Source: Phenylobacterium zucineum (GTDB taxonomy: Bacteria > Pseudomonadota > Alphaproteobacteria > Caulobacterales > Caulobacteraceae). From it: a DNA stretch of 56,706 nt. The stretch covers positions 1 to 56,706 of the forward strand of contig NMUI01000056.1 in assembly GCA_002221445.1 (NCBI GenBank), in the 5' to 3' direction. A program made the translations under genes and the position numbers. Shown piece after piece: positions 9,877 through 20,651 of this stretch. Within the stretch, counting starts at the first letter, position 1; every line of letters begins with the position of its first letter. A model generated the notes under the pieces. The model made no database searches, was not told the origin of the DNA, and saw only the letters and a list, made by a program, of their open reading frames with translations.

Positions 9877-10493
9877 ATCCGATTGCTAAAGGTTTTATGG
9901 TCGCGCTCCTCCTTGGCCTCGGCGGTTGTGTGACCCTGTTTCCGAAAGTCACCCCGTCGCAACTCTATCGATTTGATGGACGACTATCGGAGGTCGCCGC
10001 CACAAACCCGGCCCCATCCCGTGTTGGCGTCGTGCGCACAGGGGGCAGTTTCAACGCCGCCGCCGCCGGCGACCGGATTCTGACCGTGACGGGTTCACAG
10101 GTGGCCTACCTTGCCAAATCCCGGTGGGCGGAACCGGCGGAGGTCCTTTTCAACGAGGCGCTGCTCAGGGCTTTCAATGCTGGTCCCGGACCTGCCCGTC
10201 TGGTCATTCGCGGCGAACCCGCCCGGGCCGATTATACGCTGAGACTCGATGTCCAGAGGTTTGAAGCGGTCTATGATCGCGGTGCGCGTGCGGCACCTGA
10301 GGTGTGTCTGGAGATTCATATGGTTCTGAGCCGCACGAGTAATCCGGCTCAGATCAAGGATGAGACCTTAGCGGTGAAGGCAAGAGCATCTGACAATCGG
10401 GTTTCGGCCATTGTCAGAGCCTTCGATCAGGCGGTTGGAAAAGCCGTGGCCGCCATCATCGCCAAAACCAATTCCGGTATAACGGCGACTTAG
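9873..10493 (+). CDS. ABC-type transport auxiliary lipoprotein (PqiC-like)
   Basis: Lipobox LGGC, RWAEP, LRLDVQRFEAVY; last gene of the MCE operon. Confidence 0.8.
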   Translation: MNPIAKGFMVALLLGLGGCVTLFPKVTPSQLYRFDGRLSEVAATNPAPSRVGVVRTGGSFNAAAAGDRILTVTGSQVAYLAKSRWAEPAEVLFNEALLRAFNAGPGPARLVIRGEPARADYTLRLDVQRFEAVYDRGARAAPEVCLEIHMVLSRTSNPAQIKDETLAVKARASDNRVSAIVRAFDQAVGKAVAAIIAKTNSGITAT

Positions 10494-10539
10494 ATGTGAG
10501 TCTGTTCCGATAACCGACCCCCGCTCACGGCATCCCGCT

Positions 10540-11433
10540 CTAAATCCCGGCGATCCGCTTGGCCGCGGTGACTGTATTGACAAGCAAACAGGCGACAGTC
10601 ATCGGCCCCACCCCGCCGGGCACGGGTGTGATCGCATAGGCGACTTCCCTCGCGGCTTTGTAATCCACATCACCCACTAACTTGGTCTTGCCCTCTGCGG
10701 CCTTAGCCGGGTCCCGGAAGGGTATGGGATTTGTACCGACGTCGATCACCGTAACCCCGGGCTTAAGCCAATCAGCCTTGATCATCTGGGCACGCCCGGC
10801 GGCGGCAACCAGAATATCGGCTTCCCGGCAGACCGCCGCTAAGTCCTGGGTGTGAGAATGGGCGATGGTGACTGTGCAGTTCGCTTGAACCAAGAGCTGG
10901 GCGACCGGTCGCCCCACCAGGGCAGACCGGCCAATTACCACGGCCCGCTTGCCCGAGAGGTCCTGCCCCAGAGTATCGCGTAACAGAATCATGCAGCCGA
11001 CCGGCGTGCAGGGGGCCAGACACGGCAGGCCCTGAGCCAGTCGACCTGCATTGATGACATGCAGTCCGTCCACATCCTTGTCAGGATCAATGGCCTGAAT
11101 AATCGCCTTTTCATCAAGTCCTTTCGGCAAGGGCAGTTGCACAAGTATGCCATGAATGGCCGGGTCGCCGTTCAGGTGTCGGACCAGGGCCAGGAGTTCC
11201 GTCTGGGATGTATCTGCGGGCAAGATGTGGGTTACCGAGTGCATCCCCGCCGCCTTGGATTGCTCGCCTTTGGAGCGGACATAGACTTGGCTGGCACCGT
11301 CGTCACCGACCAGAACAACCGCCAGGCCAGGCGTCAGCCCATGGTCTGATTTCAACCTGGCCACTTCATCGGCTAGGTCGCGGCGCAGGCGCTCGGCCGT
11401 GGCGCGACCGTCGATCATCCGAGCTAGGGGCAT
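10540..11433 (-). CDS. folD: Methylenetetrahydrofolate dehydrogenase/cyclohydrolase
   Basis: [44 protein letters not shown]. Confidence 0.96.
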   Translation of the reverse strand: MPLARMIDGRATAERLRRDLADEVARLKSDHGLTPGLAVVLVGDDGASQVYVRSKGEQSKAAGMHSVTHILPADTSQTELLALVRHLNGDPAIHGILVQLPLPKGLDEKAIIQAIDPDKDVDGLHVINAGRLAQGLPCLAPCTPVGCMILLRDTLGQDLSGKRAVVIGRSALVGRPVAQLLVQANCTVTIAHSHTQDLAAVCREADILVAAAGRAQMIKADWLKPGVTVIDVGTNPIPFRDPAKAAEGKTKLVGDVDYKAAREVAYAITPVPGGVGPMTVACLLVNTVTAAKRIAGI

Positions 11434-11438
11434 GAAGA

Positions 11439-12442
11439 TCAGTCCTTGCTGAAAAGAGACAGATAGGCGTCAACCCGGCCGGCCTCAACATCGGCCAAAC
11501 TGACGGCTGGCCACCCGACCGTCATCTTGGGGGAGGTGCGCCAAGCCTCAACGATCAGATCGCGAAATTCACCGGCACCGGCCGCAAGGCGTTCCAGAGC
11601 AAATGCAATCCCTTTCGGGTTCACGCCTTGGAAGCCACCCTGTTTTTCCAACTCGTAAAACGGAATGACCGACCGCCCCGTCTTCAATAGGTAGGCCGCA
11701 ATCCGCAGGTCCAGAGGACCATCAGCAACGACTGGGGACGAGATAGCCCGGCGAACATCTGCTTCCCGGATATTAGCAGCGACAAAATCGCTTTCAAACG
11801 GGCCATGTACCTGGCCAGGGTATAGCCTTGAGGATTGGGAAAATCACCCCAGCCATTAAAATGGACTGTAAGATGAAGAGGTTGTGACCCATCCCCTAAA
11901 TAATGCGAAAGCTGACCTAAGGTCACAAGGATCAGATATTCCCGCCGCGCCCGGTCGGCGTTGAGCCAAGCCCGACGCTCAGGGTTCCGTTCGAGGCGTT
12001 CCGCCGCAGAAATCACACGCCAGAAGGCCAAGTCCTTGGTCAGTTGCTGCTGGGCGTCCAGGATCGCATAGGGCAGGTAGCCTGCATCCCAACTATTGGT
12101 CCCAGCGATCTTCAGGGCCGCTTCATAGTCCTTGCGCGTAGCGGGTAGGGTTTCCAGCCGGGGGCCTCCCAGAATGGACCCATCATCCATAATATCGAGG
12201 AAATGTGCCGGGTCACGGTTCTGGTCGTGGACCTTTCCAGCCCCCTTCCAACGGTCCGGCTCCCGGGCCAGTTCACCCACATCCGCAGCGGCCTTAGGGG
12301 TGCGCAGAAATGGCGGCAGATCTGCTGGCAAGGACTCTAAGGCAGCCTGGGCGATCATGCGGTGCCCCGATCCCCCCCAGGCCAGGGCGTGCCCAGGAGA
12401 GAGCCAAACCAAGAAGCAAAGGGTAAGGGCAATAGGTTTCAT
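11439..12442 (-). CDS. Secreted S1/P1-family nuclease (frameshifted in the C-terminal third)
   Basis: Signal peptide then [11 protein letters not shown]; HFLD; [11 protein letters not shown] zinc ligands. The C-terminal part is in ORF 11439-11687. Confidence 0.82.
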
Positions 12443-12482
12443 GTCTGCGGTGTGCTGGGGAATCTGCTGGAAGGCAAGCACC

Positions 12483-13070
12483 TCAGACGGTGGCAAGTCC
12501 GAGTTCCGACTCTACCCGCCTAATCCACGTCAAAATCGCGGGATAGACTGATAGATCGAACCCGCCTTCTCCGGCCATCCGGGTATAGGCCACCAGGGCG
12601 ATGTCGGCCACGCTGAGCGCACGACCAACCAGAAAGCGTGACTTTTCCAGCGCCGTCTCCATCACCGTCAGGGCGGCATGACCTCGTTCCACCAGACGCG
12701 GTTCAAGCTCTGCAACCGGTTTACCGAGATAGCGGACCTGAAATCTTGCGACGGCCACATAGGGTTCATGGCTGTACTGTTCCCAGAACATCCATTCCAG
12801 GACCTTGGCCCGATCATAGGCATCTTCCGGGATCAGAGGTGAACCCTGCGCCAGATGCAGCAGAATGGCATTGGACTGCGAAAGAGCGCGTCCGTCATCG
12901 AGAATAACCAAAGGCACCTGGCCTGCGGGATTCAGCGCCAGAAAGTCCGGCGTGCGGGTCTGGCCCTTCAGTATGTCGGTTTCCACCCAATCATAGGTTA
13001 GCCCCAGACGGTCAGATAACCATTTGATCTTCAAGCAATTTCCAGAAATTGAATCGCCGTATATCTGCAA
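12483..13070 (-). CDS. Glutathione S-transferase
   Basis: SGNCLKI, LNPAGQVP, SQSNAIL, WMFWEQYSHEP, SVADIAL. Confidence 0.9.
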   Translation of the reverse strand: MQIYGDSISGNCLKIKWLSDRLGLTYDWVETDILKGQTRTPDFLALNPAGQVPLVILDDGRALSQSNAILLHLAQGSPLIPEDAYDRAKVLEWMFWEQYSHEPYVAVARFQVRYLGKPVAELEPRLVERGHAALTVMETALEKSRFLVGRALSVADIALVAYTRMAGEGGFDLSVYPAILTWIRRVESELGLATV

Positions 13071-13299
13071 TTTTTATGCTCCAGACATGATCCTGGGCAA
13101 TTAGAGCATGTGCGAGGGCTCTTGCCATGCCTATTTCCTTCAAGCCCGCCATTGAGAGAATAGGACCCTGGCCGCAGGTCGATCACACCCAATCCGCACA
13201 TACCCTCGTGGAGGACCTTTCTGCGTTCCATGAGTTGTGAGGTACGCCGCAAGTGGCTAAATCCTCGCTGACAGAACAAGGACGAAGAAAGACGCCGTT

Positions 13300-13784
13300 A
13301 TGGGACGCCGCCTCGCCGCCCTGGCCGCGCTGCCGCTTTTATTCGCAGCGAACCTCGCCCATGCCGAGCCTGCCCCAGGCGATCCGATTGGTGACATTCT
13401 GCTGGGGCTTCTGACGGGGGCCATTCCCGGCTCCCCGACCTATCAGATGAAAGCCAGCCTCTATCATGCCGGCGCGCGCGGGGTTGGAGCCCTGGACTCC
13501 TTAGGGTGTCGGGTGGTGGCGATGCGGACGGCCGCCACCGACACCCGGATCATCCCAAAGCATTCGGTTCTATTCATCAAGGAAACCGTCGGCCTGCCCA
13601 TGCCGGACGGGGGTCTTCATGACGGCTATTGGTACGCCTCCGACACCGGCGGCGGGATCAAGGGCTCGCGGATCGACCTGTTCACCGGTATGAGCACCCA
13701 ATCCACCTCGCCGTTTCGTGGGCTAAATCTGGCTCAAGTATCTGTCAGCGCTGTCGGCGTTTTTCGCGGCTGCCACCAAATTAG
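13300..13784 (+). CDS. Exported 3D-domain (MltA-like/YuiC) protein; probable frameshift just before the true stop
   Basis: Signal peptide; AATDTRIIP, ASDTGGGIKGSRIDLF (three-Asp motif). Adding one C at ~13773 gives GCPPN* at 13784 and removes a 200-bp overlap with fpr. Confidence 0.75.
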
Positions 13785-14587
13785 GTTTCGACGAAGGCCC
13801 GCTCCAGAACATAGTCCCCCGGGGCGGCCAGGGAGCCTTCCACATAGCCCTTGGATTCCAATAGAACCTTCAGATCCGCGAGCACCGAAGGGCCTCCGCA
13901 GAGCATTAGGCGGTCGGTTGTCGGGTCAAGGTCAGGAAGTCCCAGATCGCGGCACATCTGGCCCGAGGCAATCAGGTCGGTAATCCGTCCCTGAGTCTTG
14001 AAGGCCTCCCGGGTGACGGTGGGATAATATCGCAGCTTTCCACCGATGATCTCACCGAGAACCTCGTCACGAGGTAGGTCTTTTTCGAACATGTCCTGAT
14101 AGTTGAGGTCCGCAACCCGACGGACGGTATGGGTGACGATAACCTCATCAAACCGGTCATAAACCTCCGGATCGCGGGCAAGGCTGAGCCAGGGGGCAAG
14201 GCCGGTGCCCGTGCCGAGCATGAACAGCCGCTTGCCAGGCTTTAGCCCATCCAGAACCAGGGTTCCCGTCGGCTTACGCCCGATCAGAACCTTGTCCCCC
14301 ACGCTGATCGTTTGAAGTCGCGAGGTTAAGGGCCCGTCGGGGACCTTAATGGAATAGAATTCCAGCTCATCGTGCCAGGCCGGACTGGCGATAGAATAAG
14401 CCCTGAGCAGCGGCTTACCGTCCACCTCAAGACCGACCATGACAAACTGCCCGCTCTGAAAGCGGAAGGATGGATCGCGCGTGGTCCGGAAGGAAAACAG
14501 CCTGTCCGTCCAGTGCTGAGTCCAGGTGACCGTTTCGGTCAGAAACGCACTCTTCTTGGCAACCGGGGCCGCTATAGATTCAGTCAT
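13781..14587 (-). CDS. fpr: Ferredoxin--NADP+ reductase
   Basis: FQSGQFVMVGL, RAYSIAS, GPLTSRL, GTGTGLAP, MLCG, ERAFVE. Confidence 0.93.
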   Translation of the reverse strand: MTESIAAPVAKKSAFLTETVTWTQHWTDRLFSFRTTRDPSFRFQSGQFVMVGLEVDGKPLLRAYSIASPAWHDELEFYSIKVPDGPLTSRLQTISVGDKVLIGRKPTGTLVLDGLKPGKRLFMLGTGTGLAPWLSLARDPEVYDRFDEVIVTHTVRRVADLNYQDMFEKDLPRDEVLGEIIGGKLRYYPTVTREAFKTQGRITDLIASGQMCRDLGLPDLDPTTDRLMLCGGPSVLADLKVLLESKGYVEGSLAAPGDYVLERAFVET

Positions 14588-14729
14588 TCTGGGGTCTTCT
14601 GATACAGCGACGCTGGAGCCCTATGCCTTTAGCCGAATTTGTCTCAGGGGACAAAAGGCCACCTTGAGATATATCAGACCCACCCAGGACGCTGGCTTCA
14701 AGCGGGAAACACATGTCAAATTCGCATCC

Positions 14730-15466
14730 CTAGATGTCGCTGCCGACATGGACGACAGCCCCCGGCGCGCGCGCGATATGGATGCCACACTCGGTTTTTC
14801 AGACCCCGCCCAGCGTCCAGCCCGGACATCTTCATCACCTTGAACCGCCTGGGTGCAGGGCCAACAACCGATGGACGGGAAACCTTGGGCCACCAGGGGG
14901 TGAGCCGGGAGCTGATAGTCCGCCATATAACCGTCAAGCTCGGCCTTGCCCCAATTAGCGAGGGGATTGAACTTGATCTGATGGTCTAGGCCCTCGACCA
15001 CGGGCAGGCTGATCCGATCCCCGCCATGAAAGCGTTTGCGACCGGTAATCCACGCCCCATAACCGGCCAAGGCACGATCCAGCGGCAGGACCTTGCGGAT
15101 ATGGCAACATCGGTCCGTATCGGTCTGCCAGAGTTTGGCGGTCGGATCGGTGACGGCAAGGTCGGTGAAGGCGGGACGAAGATCTTGCACAGCGCTAAGG
15201 CCCAGCCGTCCGGCCAGGGCCCGTCGATAGTCCAGGGTCTGTGCGAACAACAGGCCCGTATCAAGGAACAAGATCGGCATGTCGGGCTTTACCCGAGAAA
15301 CCATGTGCAGAAGCACCGCCGACTCTGCGCCGAACGACGACACCAGGGCCAGACGATCTCCAAAAGCGGCGACCGCTGAATTCAGGATCGTTAAGGGATC
15401 TGCATACCGCAACTCCGCATCCAGACGACCGGCCCATGAGGTGGTCTCGTCCCGGTCATAGGCCAT
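14730..15466 (-). CDS. cysH: Phosphoadenylyl-sulfate/APS reductase (frameshift in the A run near 14795)
   Basis: SSFGAESAVLL, FLDTG, CCHIRKV, SIGCWPCT, RAGRW. One extra A restores KTECGIH...* ending at 14730. Confidence 0.92.
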
Positions 15467-15471
15467 GAAAA

Positions 15472-15975
15472 TCAGCGTCCCTCACGCGCGATGAAGGCGG
15501 GCGGGCGCGTGTCAGCGGCACGCTGGTAGACATGCCGGTGGCGATGCACCGACCTTGCCCATTGATCTGCCGTGGCCCCGTCAGCCGGTTCAAAGGCGTT
15601 AAAGCCACAGCGGACCATGAAGCCCGCCTGGTCGCGAAGCACCTCACCGACAGCCCGGACTTCTCCAGAAAATTTCAGGCGCTGTACCAATAGATGCGCC
15701 GAAGTGAAGGCCCGTCCGTCACGAAATTTGGGAAAGGCTAGGGCCACCACAGAAAGGCCCGCCAGATCATAAGACAGCGCCTCAACCTCATCGGCGGGTT
15801 CTAATCGGACGCCGACCCGACGATCTTGGCCGATAAGGTTATCCCCGTCAGTCTGGAAGCGCGCGAAGGAGACAATGACATCGCCGTCCGGGGTTTCCTG
15901 ATCGTCAGCGACGGCGGTGAATGGATCATCGGTTTCGACGAAATCATCCGCTACCCGCTTAATGAGCTTCGGCAT
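15472..15975 (-). CDS. DUF934 family protein of sulfite reductase operons
   Basis: ALAFPKFRDGRAFTSA, GEVRAVGEVLRDQ..FMVRCGFNAF; lies between cysI and cysH. Confidence 0.85.
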   Translation of the reverse strand: MPKLIKRVADDFVETDDPFTAVADDQETPDGDVIVSFARFQTDGDNLIGQDRRVGVRLEPADEVEALSYDLAGLSVVALAFPKFRDGRAFTSAHLLVQRLKFSGEVRAVGEVLRDQAGFMVRCGFNAFEPADGATADQWARSVHRHRHVYQRAADTRPPAFIAREGR

Positions 15976-17614
15976 AGACCGCCTCCTTGAATGGGGCCTC
16001 GCCGGTGCGGCGATAGGTATCGAGGAAACGCTCATCCCCCCGGCGTTCGCGAAGATAAACCTCCACTAGGGCGTCAACGGCGTCCGTTACCTTGTCCAGC
16101 GGCAAGGCAGGCCCCAAAATCTTGCCGAGGCTTGCATCCTCCCCGCCGGAACCGCCCAGGGTCAGCTGATAGAATTCCTCACCCTTCTTATCGACACCCA
16201 AAATGCCGATATGCCCCACATGGTGGTGGCCGCAGGCATTGATACAGCCGGAAATCTTGATCTTCAGCTCTCCAACCAGCTCGGCACGATCCTGATCTTC
16301 GAAGCGACGGGCAATATCCTGCGCCACAATGATCGCGCGCGCATTCGCCAGGGCGCAGTAATCCAGGCCTGGACAAGCAATTATGTCACTGATCAAATTG
16401 ATGTTCGGCGTCCCGAGGCCTGCTGCGGCCAAGGCGCGATAGACGACAGATGCATCGTTCAGTTTCACATGGGGCAGGACAAGGTTCTGCTCATGGGTAA
16501 CGCGAATATCATCTAGGCCGTAACGCTCGGCCAGATCAGCCACCACATCCATTTGATCAGAAGAGGCATCGCCCGGGGTTTCACCTATGGCCTTCAGAGA
16601 GACTTCGACAATGGTGTAGCCCTGACGCTTGTGCGCTTTAAGATTGTTCCGTGCGAACCGGGCAAAGCCGGGGTCCTCAGATAAAGCGGCCTCAAAGGTC
16701 TCTGACCGCGCGGGTAAGGTCTCAAAGGCCTTGGGTGCAAAGGCCCCGCGAATCCGGGCGATTTCGGTATCGGGCAGGTCACCCGCGCCCCCGACCCTAG
16801 ACCATTCTTCGTCCACCTGGCGGGCAAATTCTTCGCGCCCCAGGGCGGCCACCAGGATTTTGATCCGGGCCTTGTAGATATTGTCCCGCCGCCCGTGCCG
16901 ATTGTAGACCCGCAGGATCGCCTCAAGGTAGGAAAACAGCCTATTGGCCGGCAGAAATTCCCGAATGGTCGGGCCGATAAAAGGCGTCCGCCCCATGCCG
17001 CCACCGACAATCACCTCGAACCCCAGGGTTCCGTCCCGGGCGCGACGAACCATGAGGCCGATGTCATGGGCCCTGGCAACGGTCCGATCCTTGGCGGACG
17101 CGGTAATCGCGATCTTGAATTTGCGCGGCAGGAAGGAAAATTCCGGATGCAGGCTCGACCATTGTCGGATGGCTTCTGACCAAACCCTGGGATCGTCGAT
17201 TTCGTCGGCTGTGGCCCCGGCATAAGGGTCCGCTGTGACATTGCGAATGCAATTGCCGCTGGTCTGGATTGCGTGCATGTCAATGCTCGCCAGGGCGTCC
17301 AGAATGTCTGGGGTATCGCCCAGCTTAACCCAATGAAATTGCAGGTTTGTTCGAGTGGTAAAGTGGCCATAGCCCTTGTCATACCGCCGCCCGATCTCGG
17401 CCAGCTTACGAAGCTGTCGGCTGTTCATCGAGCCATAGGGGATTGCCACCCGCAGCATGTAGGCGTGCAATTGCAGATAAAGCCCGTTCATCAGACGCAA
17501 GGGCTTGAACTGATCTTCCGTGATTTCACCAGCAAGGCGGCGCTCCACCTGGTCGCGGAACTCCGCAGACCGGTCGGCCAGGATGTCACGATCGAGGCTG
17601 TCGTACTGATACAT
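15959..17614 (-). CDS. cysI: Sulfite reductase hemoprotein (nitrite/sulfite reductase family)
   Basis: LRLMNGLYLQ, HFTTR, QTSGNCIRN, LPRKFKIA, ACPGLDYC, ISGCINACGHHH siroheme/4Fe-4S ligands. Confidence 0.93.
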   Translation of the reverse strand: MYQYDSLDRDILADRSAEFRDQVERRLAGEITEDQFKPLRLMNGLYLQLHAYMLRVAIPYGSMNSRQLRKLAEIGRRYDKGYGHFTTRTNLQFHWVKLGDTPDILDALASIDMHAIQTSGNCIRNVTADPYAGATADEIDDPRVWSEAIRQWSSLHPEFSFLPRKFKIAITASAKDRTVARAHDIGLMVRRARDGTLGFEVIVGGGMGRTPFIGPTIREFLPANRLFSYLEAILRVYNRHGRRDNIYKARIKILVAALGREEFARQVDEEWSRVGGAGDLPDTEIARIRGAFAPKAFETLPARSETFEAALSEDPGFARFARNNLKAHKRQGYTIVEVSLKAIGETPGDASSDQMDVVADLAERYGLDDIRVTHEQNLVLPHVKLNDASVVYRALAAAGLGTPNINLISDIIACPGLDYCALANARAIIVAQDIARRFEDQDRAELVGELKIKISGCINACGHHHVGHIGILGVDKKGEEFYQLTLGGSGGEDASLGKILGPALPLDKVTDAVDALVEVYLRERRGDERFLDTYRRTGEAPFKEAVYAEAH

Positions 17615-17624
17615 GCCCCTTCTC

Positions 17625-17984
17625 CTATTTACGCTTGATTAGGTTGACGCGCCCCGATGATCGCGCGGCACCATGGGCATGTTGCAAGATCAGAACGGCA
17701 TCGCTGCCCTCGGCCTGCTTGCCATGATGGCGATGGTTGGTGGGACCTAAGGCCCGAATCCGCTCCCGATAACTGATCGGGACCCACAAGCCTTCGCTCT
17801 CGGCGAGGTCGATAAGATAGGCGTCCACCACCACGGTCAGTTGAGACTTGGCCTGCCCCTCGGCAACCAGGGCTGGGGTGTCAGCCTCGAACAGCTCCGC
17901 CTCAGAGAACCGCTCAACCCAAGCCCCCGCCTTCCAGAAAACCACCTCACCGTCGATCAGACGATTGGCTGTCAGAGCCTTCAT
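17625..17984 (-). CDS. DUF2849 family protein
   Basis: LTANRLIDGEVVF...RERIRALGPT; precedes cysI. Confidence 0.82.
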   Translation of the reverse strand: MKALTANRLIDGEVVFWKAGAWVERFSEAELFEADTPALVAEGQAKSQLTVVVDAYLIDLAESEGLWVPISYRERIRALGPTNHRHHGKQAEGSDAVLILQHAHGAARSSGRVNLIKRK

Positions 17985-18820
17985 GCCCCGACACCGGCGA
18001 TAAGATTGTCCAGGACCGGAACCCGGTCGACCTCGTCCCTCCCGGCCAGGGCCATGGCTTCTCCGACCATCAGCAGGGCCGGGCCGGTCAGGGTTGACGC
18101 CGTCATTGCGAGATTTCCCAAGGTGGTGGTGATCCTTTGTTCAGAAGATCTGCTTGCATCGACGACAATCAGGGCCGGTGTTGAGGCCGCCCGACCGGCT
18201 CCCAGCAGCCGCCCGGCAATCTGCGCTGCCGCTGATAGCCCCATATAAATCACCACCGTATGATTGGCCCGGGCCAGGGCGGCCCAGTCCAGATCGGGTT
18301 CCTGGTCGCGCGCCGCATGGCCTGTTACGAATGTGACCGCCTGAGCTGTGGTGCGGTGAGTGAGAGGTGCGCCCGCCGAGGCCGAGGCCGCCAGGGCCGC
18401 CGTTACGCCTGGGACAATATGGCAGACCACGCCTGCAGCCCTGCAGGCCTCCAGCTCTTCACCGCCACGCCCGAAAATAAAGGGGTCGCCCCCTTTCAAC
18501 CGGACCACCGTCAGCCCCTCCAGGGCGAAGGCGACCAGCATGGCGTTTATTTCAGCCTGGGCATAGGTGTGCCGCGACTTGCGCTTGGCCGCCGAAATCA
18601 ACTGGGCCGCCGCTGGGGCTAAATCCAAAATGTCGGAGGAGACCAAACCGTCATGCACCACGACATCGGCCGTTCCAAGCACCCGAAGCGCCTTGATCGT
18701 CAGGAGGTCGGGATCGCCCGGCCCCGCCCCTACCAGCCAGACAGTGCCCGGGGCCTTCGATGTCTCGCCCTTGAGCAGAACCAATCCGGCTTTAGATTTT
18801 GGTGATGCGGGACGGGACAT
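17981..18820 (-). CDS. cobA: Uroporphyrinogen-III C-methyltransferase (siroheme synthesis)
   Basis: VWLVGAGPGDPDLLT, VVRLKGGDPFIFGRGGEE, VPGVTAA, VIYMG. Confidence 0.92.
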   Translation of the reverse strand: MSRPASPKSKAGLVLLKGETSKAPGTVWLVGAGPGDPDLLTIKALRVLGTADVVVHDGLVSSDILDLAPAAAQLISAAKRKSRHTYAQAEINAMLVAFALEGLTVVRLKGGDPFIFGRGGEELEACRAAGVVCHIVPGVTAALAASASAGAPLTHRTTAQAVTFVTGHAARDQEPDLDWAALARANHTVVIYMGLSAAAQIAGRLLGAGRAASTPALIVVDASRSSEQRITTTLGNLAMTASTLTGPALLMVGEAMALAGRDEVDRVPVLDNLIAGVGA

Positions 18821-18995
18821 GCCGATAGCTTCTCTAATACGCATTCGAACTGAGGATGACCTGCGTCAAATGTGCCTCAGACCCCGAAAATCCGGCATGA
18901 GAAAACAGATGATACAGTGATCAAGACTTGCAAATAGGTCGCCACCGTCCCAATTCGCAACCCAAGGACTTCTCTTGGGGCTGTCAGGAAAACTC

Positions 18996-19952
18996 GTGGA
19001 ACGAAATACCGATCGCCGCCGGTTACCACCCTTAAACGCCTTGCGGGCGTTTGAGTCCGCCGCCCGGCACCTCAATTTTTCCCGCGCGGCAGACGAGTTG
19101 TCGGTGACCCCCGGCGCGGTGAGCCAGCAAATTCAGAACCTGGAAGACTATGTCGGTGCCCCGCTTTTCAAGCGCACGCCAAAAGGTCTGCTACTCACCG
19201 ATGCCGCTCAGACCGCCCTGCCCTCCTTGCGTGAAGCCTTTGATCGTCTGGCCGAAGCGGCGTCCATGTTGACCGCCGCGGTTGATGGTCGTCGCCTGAC
19301 CCTAACGGCGGCCCCCTCCTTTGCCGCGAAGTGGTTGGTGCCCCGCCTGGGCAAGTTCGAACAGAAGCACCCCTTGGTCGATGTCTGGCTCTCAGCGGGT
19401 CTGGACCTGGTGGACTTGACGGCGGGCGAGGTTGACCTCGCCATCCGCTATGGCGGCGGTCGCTATCCCGGATTGGAGGTTCATCGACTGATCGGCGAAA
19501 CCGTCATCCCGGTAATCAGCCCCGAGCTTCACGCTCAAACCCCGCTGAATGATCCCAAGGATCTAGCCGCCCATGTGCTGCTGCACGATGGATCACCTGA
19601 CCCGGACGACAGTTGTCCAGATTGGACCATGTGGCTGGCCGCACGGGGCATGAAGAGCGTGGACGGCGCACGGGGACCCCGGTTCAATCAGTCGAGTCTG
19701 GTCATTGAAGCCGCCGTCAACGGTCGCGGCGTCGCCTTGGCTAAACGGACGATTGCCCAGAATGATCTGGATGCTGGACGACTGATCTCGCCCCTCCAAA
19801 TCTCGACGGCGGTGGATTTCGCATATTACCTTGTTCACCCCAAGGCCAAGGGACGACTGCCACAGGTTAAGGCTTTTATCAGCTGGATTATTGCCGAGGC
19901 CAACGCCCATGAGGCGGCCTTGCGGGCCATCGACAACGGAGCGGGGATCTAA
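18996..19952 (+). CDS. gcvA: LysR-family regulator, GcvA-like
   Basis: LPPLNALRAFESAARHLNFSRAADELSVTPGAVSQQI, SFAAKWLVPRL, DLAIRYG; probable GTG start at 18996. Confidence 0.8.
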   Translation: MERNTDRRRLPPLNALRAFESAARHLNFSRAADELSVTPGAVSQQIQNLEDYVGAPLFKRTPKGLLLTDAAQTALPSLREAFDRLAEAASMLTAAVDGRRLTLTAAPSFAAKWLVPRLGKFEQKHPLVDVWLSAGLDLVDLTAGEVDLAIRYGGGRYPGLEVHRLIGETVIPVISPELHAQTPLNDPKDLAAHVLLHDGSPDPDDSCPDWTMWLAARGMKSVDGARGPRFNQSSLVIEAAVNGRGVALAKRTIAQNDLDAGRLISPLQISTAVDFAYYLVHPKAKGRLPQVKAFISWIIAEANAHEAALRAIDNGAGI

Positions 19953-20296
19953 ACCTTCCCCTTCAGGAAATTCAGGGCGCGCTCGTGCGCATAGGCCGCA
20001 ACATCCTGCAGGGCCAAATCCAGGGCGTCACGGACGGCGGTAAGCCTATGCGGGCCTTCGTTTTCACAAACCTGACAGACATCCCCAAGGTCAAAGGCCC
20101 CCACCGCCCGGGCGGTGCCCTTGATGGTATGAACCGCATCCTTCCAGCCGTCCGCCGAGGGATCGAGTAAGGGCATCCATATCCGGGCCTGCTCGCGGAA
20201 CAGGCCCAGCACCTCATCCACAAGCTGGAAATCGCCCGCAGCATAGTCCTCCAGATAGCGAAAATTCACCGCGCCGCTGAGGTCACGCTTAGCCAT
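19949..20296 (-). CDS. shpA: Histidine phosphotransferase ShpA (stalk biogenesis phosphorelay in Caulobacter)
   Basis: MAKRDLSGAVNFRYLE..AAGDF..VDEVL.LFREQA and WKDAVHTIKG (Hpt His) closely resemble C. crescentus ShpA as recalled, in a similar gene neighbourhood. Confidence 0.85.
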   Translation of the reverse strand: MAKRDLSGAVNFRYLEDYAAGDFQLVDEVLGLFREQARIWMPLLDPSADGWKDAVHTIKGTARAVGAFDLGDVCQVCENEGPHRLTAVRDALDLALQDVAAYAHERALNFLKGKV

Positions 20297-20391
20297 AACT
20301 TTCTTCCGTTTTCGCGCCTTGCTTTCGGGGCTGCATCCAGTATGTTCCGCGCCCTTGCCGACGACCACCACAAAGTGTGCGATCTGGCTTA

Positions 20392-20467
<76 letters not shown>

Positions 20468-20651
20468 CGTTCGTGGTGATAAAATTCTTTAAAATTCAAT
20501 CCTGTGGAACATATTCTGTAATCATAGCACTGTTATGCGGGCCTCAATCGAGCCCACCAGATCCGGTGAGGTTTTGGGCATAACCGTCGGTGCGCACAGG
20601 ACACGTTTCAGTGTGTAAATCCTCAAGGCGGTGCCTTAACTTCTGCTCACT

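Noticed and set aside
13785-13983. Pro-rich C-terminal extension of the 3D-domain protein
   Set aside because: It overlaps fpr antisense by 200 bp; one added base gives a stop at 13784.
14621-14729. C-terminal extension of CysH
   Set aside because: Artefact of a homopolymer deletion; the conserved ECGIH motif is in the other frame.
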